A stretch of 64,000 bases of DNA from NCBI GenBank assembly GCA_903837285.1, contig CAILUD010000167.1:19692-83691 (forward strand). Reading direction: 5' to 3'. Below the pieces are notes generated by a model. The model ran no database searches. It saw only the letters and a program-made list of their open reading frames with translations, and was not told the DNA's origin. The translations under genes and the position numbers were made by a program. The DNA is from an uncultured Bacteroidota bacterium. Its GTDB lineage: Bacteria; Bacteroidota; Bacteroidia; Bacteroidales; GWA2-32-17. Of the stretch, positions 9,278 to 18,544 are shown one piece after another (the stretch's first letter is position 1; each line of letters starts with the position of its first letter).

Positions 9278-10171
9278 ATGGCAAACGAGATTCTTAATAT
9301 TGAAAATGTTTCTAAACGCTACGGAAATATTGAAGCGTTGAAAGAACTTTCTTTATCCATACATGCAGGTCAGGTGTTCGGAATTTTAGGCCCTAATGGA
9401 AGTGGTAAGACAACTACATTGTCAATTGTTATGGGAATTATTCATTCCGATAGCGGCAACTTTTCGTGGTTTGAAAATGTTTATAATAACGATTACAAAA
9501 AAAGAATAGGTTCTTTAATCGAGACACCAAATTTTTACCCATATTTAACAGCACAAAAAAATCTTTCAATTACTGCTAAAATAAAAGGTATACCCGAGTC
9601 GGATATAGCAAGGGTTTTAACTTTAACCGGATTATACGAAAGAAAAGATTATCGTTTCGATTCTTTTTCGCTTGGTATGAAGCAACGGCTTGCATTATCA
9701 GGTGCTTTGTTAGGAGACCCTGAAGTTCTTGTTCTTGATGAACCTGCAAATGGCCTCGATCCGCAAGGAATTGCAGATATTAGAGAAATAATTAAAGAGC
9801 AGGCAGCTATGGGTAAAACCATAATTGTTGCCAGTCATATTTTAGATGAAGTTGAAAAAGTATGTACACATGCTGCTATTCTTAAAAAAGGAAAGTTATT
9901 AAAATGCGGAAAAGTACATGAACTATTATCAAATAATGAACAGATATTTCTTTCGTCGGATAGAAACTCTGATTTGTTTGAATTTCTTGTTCGTGCAGGT
10001 GTTTGTAAAAATGTTACAACAATAGAAAAAGGTATTTTGATTGATGTTCAGCAGCCTTTTGATTCGGCTTATATTAATAAATTGGCTTTCGAAAATGGTT
10101 TTATGCTAAATGCAATTGAAACAAGAAATCAAAGTCTTGAAGAACAATTTTTAGAATTAGTAAACAAATGA
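9278..10171 (+). CDS. ABC transporter ATP-binding protein
   Basis: Walker A GPNGSGKTT, signature FSLGMKQRL, Walker B VLVLDEP. The stop overlaps the next start (ATGA). Confidence 0.85.
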   Translation: MANEILNIENVSKRYGNIEALKELSLSIHAGQVFGILGPNGSGKTTTLSIVMGIIHSDSGNFSWFENVYNNDYKKRIGSLIETPNFYPYLTAQKNLSITAKIKGIPESDIARVLTLTGLYERKDYRFDSFSLGMKQRLALSGALLGDPEVLVLDEPANGLDPQGIADIREIIKEQAAMGKTIIVASHILDEVEKVCTHAAILKKGKLLKCGKVHELLSNNEQIFLSSDRNSDLFEFLVRAGVCKNVTTIEKGILIDVQQPFDSAYINKLAFENGFMLNAIETRNQSLEEQFLELVNK

Positions 10172-10989
10172 AACGATTACTTCAGATAGAATTTATTAAG
10201 TTAGTAACTTATACTGGCTTTTGGATACCTGCTATATTTTGGGCTCTTTTATTTGTTTTATGTTTGTTTCTAGGAACTCAAATAAGTGTTAATATTCCAG
10301 GATTAGATAGCGGTACTTTTTTTAGGTTTCCTGCACTTTGGAACACCACTACATGGTTAGCCAGTTGGTTTAATTTGATTCTTGCAATTATATCTATGAT
10401 TTTTATTTGCAATGAGTTTTCATATAAAACATTTCGTCAGCATGTAATAGATGGATTATCTAGAACAGAATTATTTTTTGGAAAAGTATATTTAATGTTT
10501 GTTTTTGCATTTGTTGGATTTGTGCTTGTTGTTGCATCAACTCTTATTTTGGGTATATTTTATAATAATGCTGAAACATGGCCTTTAATAATGGATACAA
10601 TATATTTGCCTTTTGTGTACTTTATTCAAGCATTTGCATATATGGCTTTTGCAATGATGATAGCACTTCTAGTGAAAAATATTGGCCTATCAATACTTGC
10701 ATTTTTTGGCTACTTTGTATTCTTTGAGCCAATTGTTAGAAATTTTTTCCCAGAAAATATTCTGATGTTTTTCCCAATGAAAGTGATTTCTAATCTAACT
10801 CCTGCTCCAGATGTTTTTCAGGTTTCAACTAATGCACAATTTACTACCACTATTAATGGGCAAATAGTAGATAATGCTCCCGCAGCTTCTTTTGAAATGC
10901 CATTATGGGGTAATTCTTTAGTTGCTGTTGGGTATATTGCATTGTTCTTAACAATATCCTGGTATATTTTAAAAAATAAAAAATTGTAG
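10168..10989 (+). CDS. ABC-2-type transporter permease
   Basis: Polytopic hydrophobic 273-aa protein, translationally coupled to the preceding ATPase. Confidence 0.6.
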   Translation: MKRLLQIEFIKLVTYTGFWIPAIFWALLFVLCLFLGTQISVNIPGLDSGTFFRFPALWNTTTWLASWFNLILAIISMIFICNEFSYKTFRQHVIDGLSRTELFFGKVYLMFVFAFVGFVLVVASTLILGIFYNNAETWPLIMDTIYLPFVYFIQAFAYMAFAMMIALLVKNIGLSILAFFGYFVFFEPIVRNFFPENILMFFPMKVISNLTPAPDVFQVSTNAQFTTTINGQIVDNAPAASFEMPLWGNSLVAVGYIALFLTISWYILKNKKL

Positions 10990-10990
10990 A

Positions 10991-11026
10991 GAGACCTAAC
11001 AGGTCTCAAAGACACGTTAGGTCTTT
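10991..11026 (+). terminator. twin small hairpins / alternative 9-bp long-range stem downstream of the ABC permease gene
   Basis: GAGACC-TAACA-GGTCTC followed by AAAGAC-ACGTTAG-GTCTTT. Alternatively AGACCTAAC (10992..11000) pairs with GTTAGGTCT (11016..11024). There is no long T tract. Confidence 0.4.
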
Positions 11027-11038
11027 AAATTTTAAAAA

Positions 11039-12166
11039 ATGGAATCAATAAAAATGGTTGACCTGAAAGGTCAATATATCAAAATAAAAGTTGAAATTGA
11101 TAATGCTATAGCAAGCGTTATTGATGATACTTCATTTATTAAAGGTGAACAGGTAACGCTATTTGAGAAAGAACTTGCGGAATATGCAGGCTCAAAGCAT
11201 GTTATTACATGCGGCAATGGAACAGATGCATTGCAAATTGCAATGATGGCGTTAGATTTTAAACCTGGTGACGAGGTAATAACTGCCGATTTTACTTTTA
11301 TTGCAACTGCCGAGGTAATCGCTTTAATGGGGCTTACACCCGTTTTAGTTGACGTTGACCCTGAAACTTTTTTAATAACTCCGGAGAATATAGAAAAAGC
11401 CGTTACTTCAAAAACTAAAGCAATAGTGCCTGTTCATTTGTTTGGGCAATGTGCAGAGATGGAAGCTATAATGCAAATTGCAAAGAAGTATAATCTTTAT
11501 GTTATTGAAGATTTAGCCCAGGCAAATGGAAGTAATTATATTTTTAATAATAGTCAAACTAAGAAAGCAGGGTCTATAGGTCATATTGGTTGTACTTCAT
11601 TTTTTCCATCAAAAAATCTTGGTTGTTTTGGTGATGGTGGTGCGTTAATGACAAATGATGATGAGCTTGCAAAGAAAATTCGTTCTATAACAAATCACGG
11701 AATGACTGTTCGTTATTATCATGATAATATTGGAATAAATTCCAGATTAGATACTATTCAGGCTGCAATTTTAAGAGTTAAACTAAAATATCTTGATGAA
11801 TATAATAAAGCAAGAAATATTGTTGCAAGTTATTACGATAAAGCATTTGAAAATATTTCATGGTTAAAAATTCCCAAACGAACAGATTGGTCAGATCATA
11901 TTTTTCATCAATATACACTATTGGTTGAAGATGGTAAGCGCGATATGCTTCAAAAGTATTTGCAGCAAAAAAATATTCCAAGCATGATTTATTATCCAGT
12001 TCCAATTCACCGTCAAAAGGCATACAGTGAATATGGGTTTAAAGATGAGGATTTTTCTGTTACCGAAATGCTTTCGGGCAAAGTGTTATCTTTGCCAATG
12101 CATACAGAAATGACTGAAGAACAATTGAAATATATTACAAACAGCGTTACAGAGTTTAAATTCTAA
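11039..12166 (+). CDS. DegT/DnrJ/EryC1/StrS-family PLP-dependent sugar aminotransferase
   Basis: Family-typical N-terminus (DLKGQY) and PLP-lysine region FFPSKNLGCFGDGG; about 370 aa. Confidence 0.85.
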   Translation: MESIKMVDLKGQYIKIKVEIDNAIASVIDDTSFIKGEQVTLFEKELAEYAGSKHVITCGNGTDALQIAMMALDFKPGDEVITADFTFIATAEVIALMGLTPVLVDVDPETFLITPENIEKAVTSKTKAIVPVHLFGQCAEMEAIMQIAKKYNLYVIEDLAQANGSNYIFNNSQTKKAGSIGHIGCTSFFPSKNLGCFGDGGALMTNDDELAKKIRSITNHGMTVRYYHDNIGINSRLDTIQAAILRVKLKYLDEYNKARNIVASYYDKAFENISWLKIPKRTDWSDHIFHQYTLLVEDGKRDMLQKYLQQKNIPSMIYYPVPIHRQKAYSEYGFKDEDFSVTEMLSGKVLSLPMHTEMTEEQLKYITNSVTEFKF

Positions 12167-14525
12167 TTCCTAAAACTGTAATGTCGTCAATTTGTTTGTG
12201 GTTACCTTTCCAGTCATAAAAAGTTTTACTTAAAATTTCAGATTGTTCATTCATTGGTTTATTATGCATATTTATTAGCAAATCTTTAAACTGATTAGCT
12301 TTATATTTTTTATAATCACTTCCTCCAAACTGATCTTTAAGACCATCGCTGGCTAAATACAAGCAATCACCTTTTTGTAGTTGTATAATGTTATTCGTAA
12401 ATGAATTCATTTTAAGATATATCGAAACCGGCATTCTGTCGCCTTTAAGTTCATAAAGCTTATTTGTTATGCTGAGCACATTCGCGTTACTCAGTGCAGG
12501 CTCCGTCGAAGCATCTATTATAGATTTTGCTGCGCAAGAAAGAAGTTCTTCACTTTCTTTCAGAATGACAGAACTGATTATGTATACAGGATTATTAGCG
12601 CCGGCAAATTGCATTTCGTAGGTTTCAGTATTGATAGCACAAAGACACATATCCATACCATCTTTTTGTTCTCCGCTAACTCCTTTTTGTTTAAGAGCGT
12701 CAATTATAGAAAATCTTAATTGATCTAATACATGTGAAGCTTGCCTTATTTCTTTTTTTCTAACAATCTCGTTCAAAAATGAAATTCCAAGCATACTCAT
12801 AAAAGCACCTGGCACACCGTGCCCTGTACAATCTGCAACTGTAACAATAAGCCATTCATCTATTCTTGTTGCCCAGTAAAAATCTCCCGAAACAATATCT
12901 TTTGGTTTAAAAAAAATAAAATGTTCTCCAAGTATATCATTTGCATATTTACCGGTTGGTAACAAAGCATTTTGAATACGTTTAGCGTATGTAATACTAT
13001 CTGTTATTTCCTGTTTTTGTTCTGATAATAATTCGTTTTGTTCTGATAATCTATCACGCTGTGTTTCAATTTCATCGCGTTGAGCTGATATTTCTTCGTT
13101 TTGTGAATTTAATTCGCAATTTTTCTCATCAACAATAAATTTTTGTTTTTCAATTATTGCTTTTTGTTTTCGTGTTATTTTAAGAGATATGAAAATATAA
13201 AATGCGAATAAAATAACCAGTAACAAAACGCATGATACAAGAATAAGTATAAGTTGTTGTCTGCTTTTGTATGCATTTGCAACTGCATCTTTTTTGTCTT
13301 GCTCTGCTTTTAGTGCAGATTGTTTTTTGTCAAAATCAAAATTCATTTCTTTACGTGTAATCTCTTGATTTTTATCCGTATTAAATAATGAATCTTTAGC
13401 AACCATTGCTTTTTTGTAATATTGTAATGCTAATTCAGGTTTTCCCGATTTGTAGTATAAATCGCTTAGTTCAATATTAAATTCTTTTATTGCCAGTAAA
13501 TAGTTAATACTATCTGCTCCTACAAGAGCTTTTTTTAAATAGATTTCAGCATCAGAATAATTTTTAGTTAAAGTATATAAAGAGCCAATATTTCCCTCTA
13601 AAACAGAAAAATTGCTTTTGTCATTTATTTCTTCAGCAATTTTTAAAGCTTTGAGATAATATTCTAGAGCTTTTGGAAAATCTTTTTGTACTTTATATAA
13701 TTCTCCAATATTTATATAGTTTGTTTCTATGCAGCTTTTATCGTCGATTTCTTCAGCAATTTTCAGGGCTTTTAGATAATACTCAAGTGCCTTTTTATAG
13801 TCTTTTTGTATGTCATAAATAATCCCAATGTTACCAAGAATAGAAGAGATTTTAATCTTATTATTTATTTCTTCTGCAATTTTCAGAGCTTTTAAATAAT
13901 AGTCAAGTGCTTTTGAATAATTACCTTGATATTTATAAATAATGCCAATGTTGCCAAGATTTGTACTAATAAATCTTTTGTTTTCTATTTCTTCAGCAAT
14001 TTTCAGTGATTTTAAATAATAATCAATTGCCTTTGGATAATCACCTTGCTTATTATAGATGTTTCCAAGGTTGCTTAGGGTTTTTGATTTGCGACCTAGG
14101 ATTATTTTCTTCTGGTCAGAAAAACTAATAAGATTATCAAATATTAAAAGTGCTTTATTGTTAAATAATATTGAAAGATTATAATTGTCGTTATCGTCAT
14201 AAAATGATGCAATCTGGTAGCATGATTTTCCGAGAATTAATTGTGCAGCAGATTTGATTTTAATGTCAGTTGTTTCTTTTAAAATTTTTGATGCCAGTTT
14301 AATTGCTTTATTACCTATGTTAATAGCCGAATCTATATTTATAAAACTGTATTCCAGAGCAAGATCGTTAAGGTGATTAAGTTTATTTGTATCTGGTTTA
14401 TCTAAAAGAATTAGTTTTTGCAAAGAGTCAATAGTTCTGTTTTCCTGAGAAAAACAAAGTCCAATTGAAATGGAATATGTAAATATCAACAGAAATAAAA
14501 ATAGCAAAAACCTTATGTTTTTCAT
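12156..14525 (-). CDS. TPR-repeat sensor / SpoIIE-family PP2C protein phosphatase (paralog 2)
   Basis: Same architecture as 2793..5201: signal peptide, TPRs (repeated YYLKALKIAEEI), a TM helix, a coiled coil (EEISAQRDEIETQRD), and a PP2C domain with GDFYW, DCTGHGVPGAFMSMLG, DDITVLGIRI. The 3' end overlaps the convergent aminotransferase gene by 11 nt. Confidence 0.8.
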   Translation of the reverse strand: MKNIRFLLFLFLLIFTYSISIGLCFSQENRTIDSLQKLILLDKPDTNKLNHLNDLALEYSFINIDSAINIGNKAIKLASKILKETTDIKIKSAAQLILGKSCYQIASFYDDNDNYNLSILFNNKALLIFDNLISFSDQKKIILGRKSKTLSNLGNIYNKQGDYPKAIDYYLKSLKIAEEIENKRFISTNLGNIGIIYKYQGNYSKALDYYLKALKIAEEINNKIKISSILGNIGIIYDIQKDYKKALEYYLKALKIAEEIDDKSCIETNYINIGELYKVQKDFPKALEYYLKALKIAEEINDKSNFSVLEGNIGSLYTLTKNYSDAEIYLKKALVGADSINYLLAIKEFNIELSDLYYKSGKPELALQYYKKAMVAKDSLFNTDKNQEITRKEMNFDFDKKQSALKAEQDKKDAVANAYKSRQQLILILVSCVLLLVILFAFYIFISLKITRKQKAIIEKQKFIVDEKNCELNSQNEEISAQRDEIETQRDRLSEQNELLSEQKQEITDSITYAKRIQNALLPTGKYANDILGEHFIFFKPKDIVSGDFYWATRIDEWLIVTVADCTGHGVPGAFMSMLGISFLNEIVRKKEIRQASHVLDQLRFSIIDALKQKGVSGEQKDGMDMCLCAINTETYEMQFAGANNPVYIISSVILKESEELLSCAAKSIIDASTEPALSNANVLSITNKLYELKGDRMPVSIYLKMNSFTNNIIQLQKGDCLYLASDGLKDQFGGSDYKKYKANQFKDLLINMHNKPMNEQSEILSKTFYDWKGNHKQIDDITVLGIRI

Positions 14526-14625
14526 TTATAGATTATATAAATCATTTACAAATATAAAAATTAACTCTAATTATTATTGAAAACTATTACTAAATTTAAA
14601 ATCAAATAAATATTTTATCAGTACG

Positions 14626-15834
14626 ATGTCAAGACTATTTTTTGTTTTTCTTTTGTTTTTATTATCAATATTATGCATTTGTTGTTCAGAAAAAAATGAA
14701 TTAAAGAATGGAAAGAAAGTAAAAGCATTTTTAAGTTTAAATACTAAAAAAATAAATACTTTTTTGAGTTCCAGAAATCAGGCAAGGCAATTTGATGAAT
14801 ATTTCTTAGACATATTTAATCAACAAATTTTTTCAGGTGTAGTGCTTATTACTAAGAAAGGAGTTGTTATTTATAAAAAAGCTTATGGCTTAGCAAATAG
14901 AAAATCTCGTACTGTGTTAACAGATGACTATGTTTTTCAGATTGGCTCGGCATCAAAGCAATTTACATCTGTTTCAATTCTTATGCTTATTCAGCAAGGA
15001 AAAATAAGTCTTGATGATAGTATTCAGAAATTTTTTCCGTTATTTCCTTATAAAAATATCTTCATTAGAACATTGTTAACACATCGTTCAGGATTACCAA
15101 ACTATATGTATTTCTGTGATAACCTTGTGTACGATAAGTTTAAGCTCCTTACAAATACTGATGTAGTTAACATTATGTGTAATAATTTTCCAGAGAAATA
15201 TTATAAGTCTGATAAGGGTTACCATTACTGTAATACAAATTATGCTTTGTTAGCGGCTATTGTTGAAAAAGTATCAGGAATTTCATTTGAGAAATTTGTT
15301 CATGAAAATATTTTCAATAAAATTGGGATGACTCATTCTTTTTTTTATTCAGAATTAGAAGAATATAAAAACTTGAATATTGCAACAGGATATTTATCCC
15401 CTAAATATGAGGCTGGGTTCTTTTATCTGAACGGTGTTACGGGAGATAAGGGGATATTCACAACTGTTGATGATTTATATAAGTGGGATTTAGCTTTGTA
15501 TTCTGATATTTTAGTGAAAAGAGAGATTTTGCAGCAGGCATTTCAACCACAGACAAAAACGAGAAGAAGTAATATTTATTATGGTTTTGGTTGGAAAATG
15601 TATTTTCTTGAAGATAGTACTCAGATTTTATTTCATTCGGGTTGGTGGCAGGGATTTCAAAGTGTAATAATGAGGTTGCCAAAAGATTCCTCCTCTGTTA
15701 TAATAATAAAAAATAAAAAAACAGCCCATCCAGTTGATCAGAGGATGATGATTGATATTTTGTATCCCGGCAATAAATTATTCGGACTTAGGCCTGTTGA
15801 AGTTAAAGAATCTTTAGAAGCAATAGAGAATTAA
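14626..15834 (+). CDS. serine hydrolase, beta-lactamase/transpeptidase-like family
   Basis: SxxK motif (GSASKQF) and YxN-like motif (YCNTNY); N-terminal signal/lipoprotein-like sequence. Confidence 0.75.
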   Translation: MSRLFFVFLLFLLSILCICCSEKNELKNGKKVKAFLSLNTKKINTFLSSRNQARQFDEYFLDIFNQQIFSGVVLITKKGVVIYKKAYGLANRKSRTVLTDDYVFQIGSASKQFTSVSILMLIQQGKISLDDSIQKFFPLFPYKNIFIRTLLTHRSGLPNYMYFCDNLVYDKFKLLTNTDVVNIMCNNFPEKYYKSDKGYHYCNTNYALLAAIVEKVSGISFEKFVHENIFNKIGMTHSFFYSELEEYKNLNIATGYLSPKYEAGFFYLNGVTGDKGIFTTVDDLYKWDLALYSDILVKREILQQAFQPQTKTRRSNIYYGFGWKMYFLEDSTQILFHSGWWQGFQSVIMRLPKDSSSVIIIKNKKTAHPVDQRMMIDILYPGNKLFGLRPVEVKESLEAIEN

Positions 15835-15836
15835 CT

Positions 15837-15895
15837 CTGTCAGGTCGAAAGACCTGACAGCATTGTGTCTGTTGTCAGGTCTTTCGACCTGACAA
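15837..15895. repeat. inverted pair of 24-nt perfect hairpins between convergent genes (probable bidirectional terminator / REP-like doublet)
   Basis: CTGTCAGGTC-GAAA-GACCTGACAG (15837..15860) and TTGTCAGGTC-TTTC-GACCTGACAA (15872..15895). The second is the reverse complement of the first and overlaps the last codons and stop of the radical SAM gene. Confidence 0.7.
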
Positions 15896-16816
15896 TATTA
15901 ATCTACCTTGCCAGGTGTTTCTTTCAACTAATCTTTTTCTGATTTTATCTACAATCTCGAAATTTTTTAAGCCACCCCATTTTGGAGCAATTACTTTGTT
16001 TAATGGCGATTCGCTTGTAAAACGCTCAATAATAATTTCTGGAGATAAATTTTCAAGAAAGTCGATTGTTAAATCAACATATTCTTCAATCGAATAAAGT
16101 TTAATAATATCTGGATTGTTAAAATAAAGATCTGCTAGTTTTGTCCCTTTAATGACTTGTAATTGATGAAGTTTAATGATGTTTATAGGCAATTTTGATA
16201 ACTCTTTGGCATGCCCTATAATTTGAGAATGATCCTCGTCAGGCAAACCAAGAATTAAATGTACTCCTATTTGAAGTCCAAGAGTTGCAGATTTTGTTAT
16301 TGCATTTTTTGATTCTTCAAAACTATGGCAACGGTTAAGTATATTTAAAGTTTTATTTGAAGTAGATTCAACTCCAAACTCTATTGTTACGAAATGACTT
16401 TTTGATAATTCGGCGAGTAATTCTAATGCACCATTGTCAACACAATCCGGGCGAGTAGATACAGCTATACCTACAACTTTTTCGTGAGATAAAGCTTCAA
16501 GATAAAGTTCTTCTAATTTCTTTAAGTCAGAATATGTATTTGTGTAATTCTGAAAATAAGCTATATATTGTTGTGACGGATATTTTTTATTGAAAAATGT
16601 TATCCCTTCATCTAGTTGTTGTGTTATGCTTTTAGAGTTTGAACAGTAGTTTGGGCTAAATGTTATATTATCGCAATAAATACAGCCACCTATTCCTTTT
16701 GATCCATCGCGGTTTGGACAAGTAAAACCTGCATCAACAGAAATCTTCTGGACTCGTTCGTTGAATATTTTACGAATCCACTTAGAGTAACTGTTATAAT
16801 TTTCAGTAGTATTCAA
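15875..16816 (-). CDS. TIGR01212-family radical SAM protein
   Basis: Cys cluster CPNRDGSKGIGGCIYC near the N-terminus; about 310 aa. The last codons lie inside a REP-like hairpin. Confidence 0.8.
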   Translation of the reverse strand: MNTTENYNSYSKWIRKIFNERVQKISVDAGFTCPNRDGSKGIGGCIYCDNITFSPNYCSNSKSITQQLDEGITFFNKKYPSQQYIAYFQNYTNTYSDLKKLEELYLEALSHEKVVGIAVSTRPDCVDNGALELLAELSKSHFVTIEFGVESTSNKTLNILNRCHSFEESKNAITKSATLGLQIGVHLILGLPDEDHSQIIGHAKELSKLPINIIKLHQLQVIKGTKLADLYFNNPDIIKLYSIEEYVDLTIDFLENLSPEIIIERFTSESPLNKVIAPKWGGLKNFEIVDKIRKRLVERNTWQGRLILSGRKT

Positions 16817-16820
16817 ATTG

Positions 16821-16851
16821 AAATAAAAAAAGGCTGTTTTAGCAGCCTTTT
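16821..16851 (-). terminator. intrinsic terminator downstream of the POT transporter gene
   Basis: AAAAGGCTG-TTTTAG-CAGCCTTTT. On the minus strand the hairpin is followed by a T-rich run. Confidence 0.7.
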
Positions 16852-16860
16852 CTTTATTAA

Positions 16861-18393
16861 TTATTTTGCAACTCTTTCAAGCCATTTTAACATAAATATC
16901 ATTGTAAGCATTGATATTGAGCATGCCACAACAAATACTGTCCAAACCATCCATATTGGAATACTTCCGTATAGAACAGCACCAATAAATAACAATTGAT
17001 TTCCAATAGCAGTAGCTCCTAACCAACCACCTTGCATAATACCTTGGTATTTTGGAGGTGCAACTTTAGAAACAAAAGATATTCCTAATGGACTAATAAA
17101 AAGTTCAGCAACTGTTAGTATAAAATAAGTCCCCATAAGTAAAAAAGGAGTGGCACGTAAACCTAAAGCTAAAGGAGAACCACCTTGTTCAGAATCAACA
17201 GATGAGAATAAAGGTAATTTATACAAATACGAACCAATTGCCATAACAGCAAAACCTAGAGCAGCTATACCCATGCCTATCGCAATTTTCTTTGGTGTTG
17301 AAGGTTCTTTACCTTTAGCTCTTAGCCAACCAAATAAAGCAAGTATAACTGGTGTTAGAAATACGACAAAGAATGGGTTCATTGATTGGAAAATTTCAGC
17401 TGAAATATCCCAGGATCCAATTTTTAAAAAGGTATAATCTCTTGCGAAGAAAGTTAATGTTAAACCATTTTGATGGAATGAAAACCAAAAGAATATAACT
17501 ACAGCAAATACTGCAAATAAAGCATAAATACGTTGTTTAACTTCTTTAGCCTCCATTTGAATAGTTGATGAGTCAAGTGAAGATTTTGCTGAAGCAACTT
17601 TCTTAGCATCTGGTAAATGTTTCTTGTTTATTATGTATATAGTTAATGATATTGCCATAGCAAAAATTGCTACACCAAATGCATAATGGAAACCTGTTGC
17701 AAAAACATTTAAATATTCGTTTGCAAATGCAGTTAAATCAGTAACAGGATTTGTACTTACTTCACTTGCAAGTTTTGTAAATGATTCGGCAGCATCAGGA
17801 GCCAATGTTCCTCCTAAATGAGCATGACAAAGAGAAGGAAGATCTGAATTATATGAAAAACCATTTCTTGTTAACCACCAGTTACGTACACCTACAGCTG
17901 CGAATGGAGCAAAAATAGCACCTACATTAATAAACATGTAAAATAATGAAAAACCAGAATCTCTCATTTTTGAGTATTTTTCGTTATCATACATTTGACC
18001 AACTAAGGCTTGTAAGTTTCCTTTAAAAAGACCATTACCAAAGGCAATAACAAATAATCCAATACATGTTAATGTAATAAATAATGTTTTATTTGGCGTT
18101 GGGGTAGGAGATGGAATTGCAATTAGTAAGTAGCCAATTGCCATAATTACTAAACCGGTTAAAATAGTTCCTTTGTAATTTCTTGTTTTGTCGGCTATTA
18201 ATCCGCCAACGAAGGCTAAAATGTAAATTGAAAAATAGAAAGTTGAATAAATATAACCGGCATTTTTACCATCTAACCCAAATTTTGCTTGTAAAAATAA
18301 AGCCAGAATTGCCATCATGGTGTAAAATCCGAAACGTTCTCCCATGTTTGCAAGTGCTGCGGCTAATAACCCTTTTGGATGTTGTTTAAACAT
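16861..18393 (-). CDS. POT/PTR2-family proton-dependent oligopeptide transporter
   Basis: PTR2 signature region GERFGFYTMMAILALFL; about 14 predicted TM segments; 510 aa. Confidence 0.85.
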   Translation of the reverse strand: MFKQHPKGLLAAALANMGERFGFYTMMAILALFLQAKFGLDGKNAGYIYSTFYFSIYILAFVGGLIADKTRNYKGTILTGLVIMAIGYLLIAIPSPTPTPNKTLFITLTCIGLFVIAFGNGLFKGNLQALVGQMYDNEKYSKMRDSGFSLFYMFINVGAIFAPFAAVGVRNWWLTRNGFSYNSDLPSLCHAHLGGTLAPDAAESFTKLASEVSTNPVTDLTAFANEYLNVFATGFHYAFGVAIFAMAISLTIYIINKKHLPDAKKVASAKSSLDSSTIQMEAKEVKQRIYALFAVFAVVIFFWFSFHQNGLTLTFFARDYTFLKIGSWDISAEIFQSMNPFFVVFLTPVILALFGWLRAKGKEPSTPKKIAIGMGIAALGFAVMAIGSYLYKLPLFSSVDSEQGGSPLALGLRATPFLLMGTYFILTVAELFISPLGISFVSKVAPPKYQGIMQGGWLGATAIGNQLLFIGAVLYGSIPIWMVWTVFVVACSISMLTMIFMLKWLERVAK

Positions 18394-18460
18394 AATCTTT
18401 TATTTAAGTTAATCTCAATTATTAATTTTTACAAAAATAGAAATCTTTTTTAAGCTACCA

Positions 18461-18491
18461 ATTGTACAATGCTTAATAACAACTAAATTTG
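18461..18491 (+). promoter_or_regulatory. candidate Bacteroidota-type promoter of nnr (-33 ATTG, -7 TAAATTTG)
   Basis: TTG at 18462..18464 and TAAATTTG at 18484..18491, with a 19-nt spacer. Confidence 0.4.
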
Positions 18492-18544
18492 CAACAAAGA
18501 ATAATAAATATTATATAAGTTACTGAATTGCATAAAAATATAAA

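Noticed and set aside
9278-10989. Possible gliding-motility ABC transporter GldA/GldF
   Set aside because: This is only a generic ABC ATPase plus an ABC-2 permease. No gldG-like third gene follows, and I see no specific sequence signature, so it is kept as a generic ABC exporter.
17150-17437. 95-aa plus-strand ORF inside the POT transporter gene (similar antisense ORFs occur inside the rnr, porU and M20 genes)
   Set aside because: These are antisense shadow ORFs within strongly supported genes, and no motifs are recognisable.
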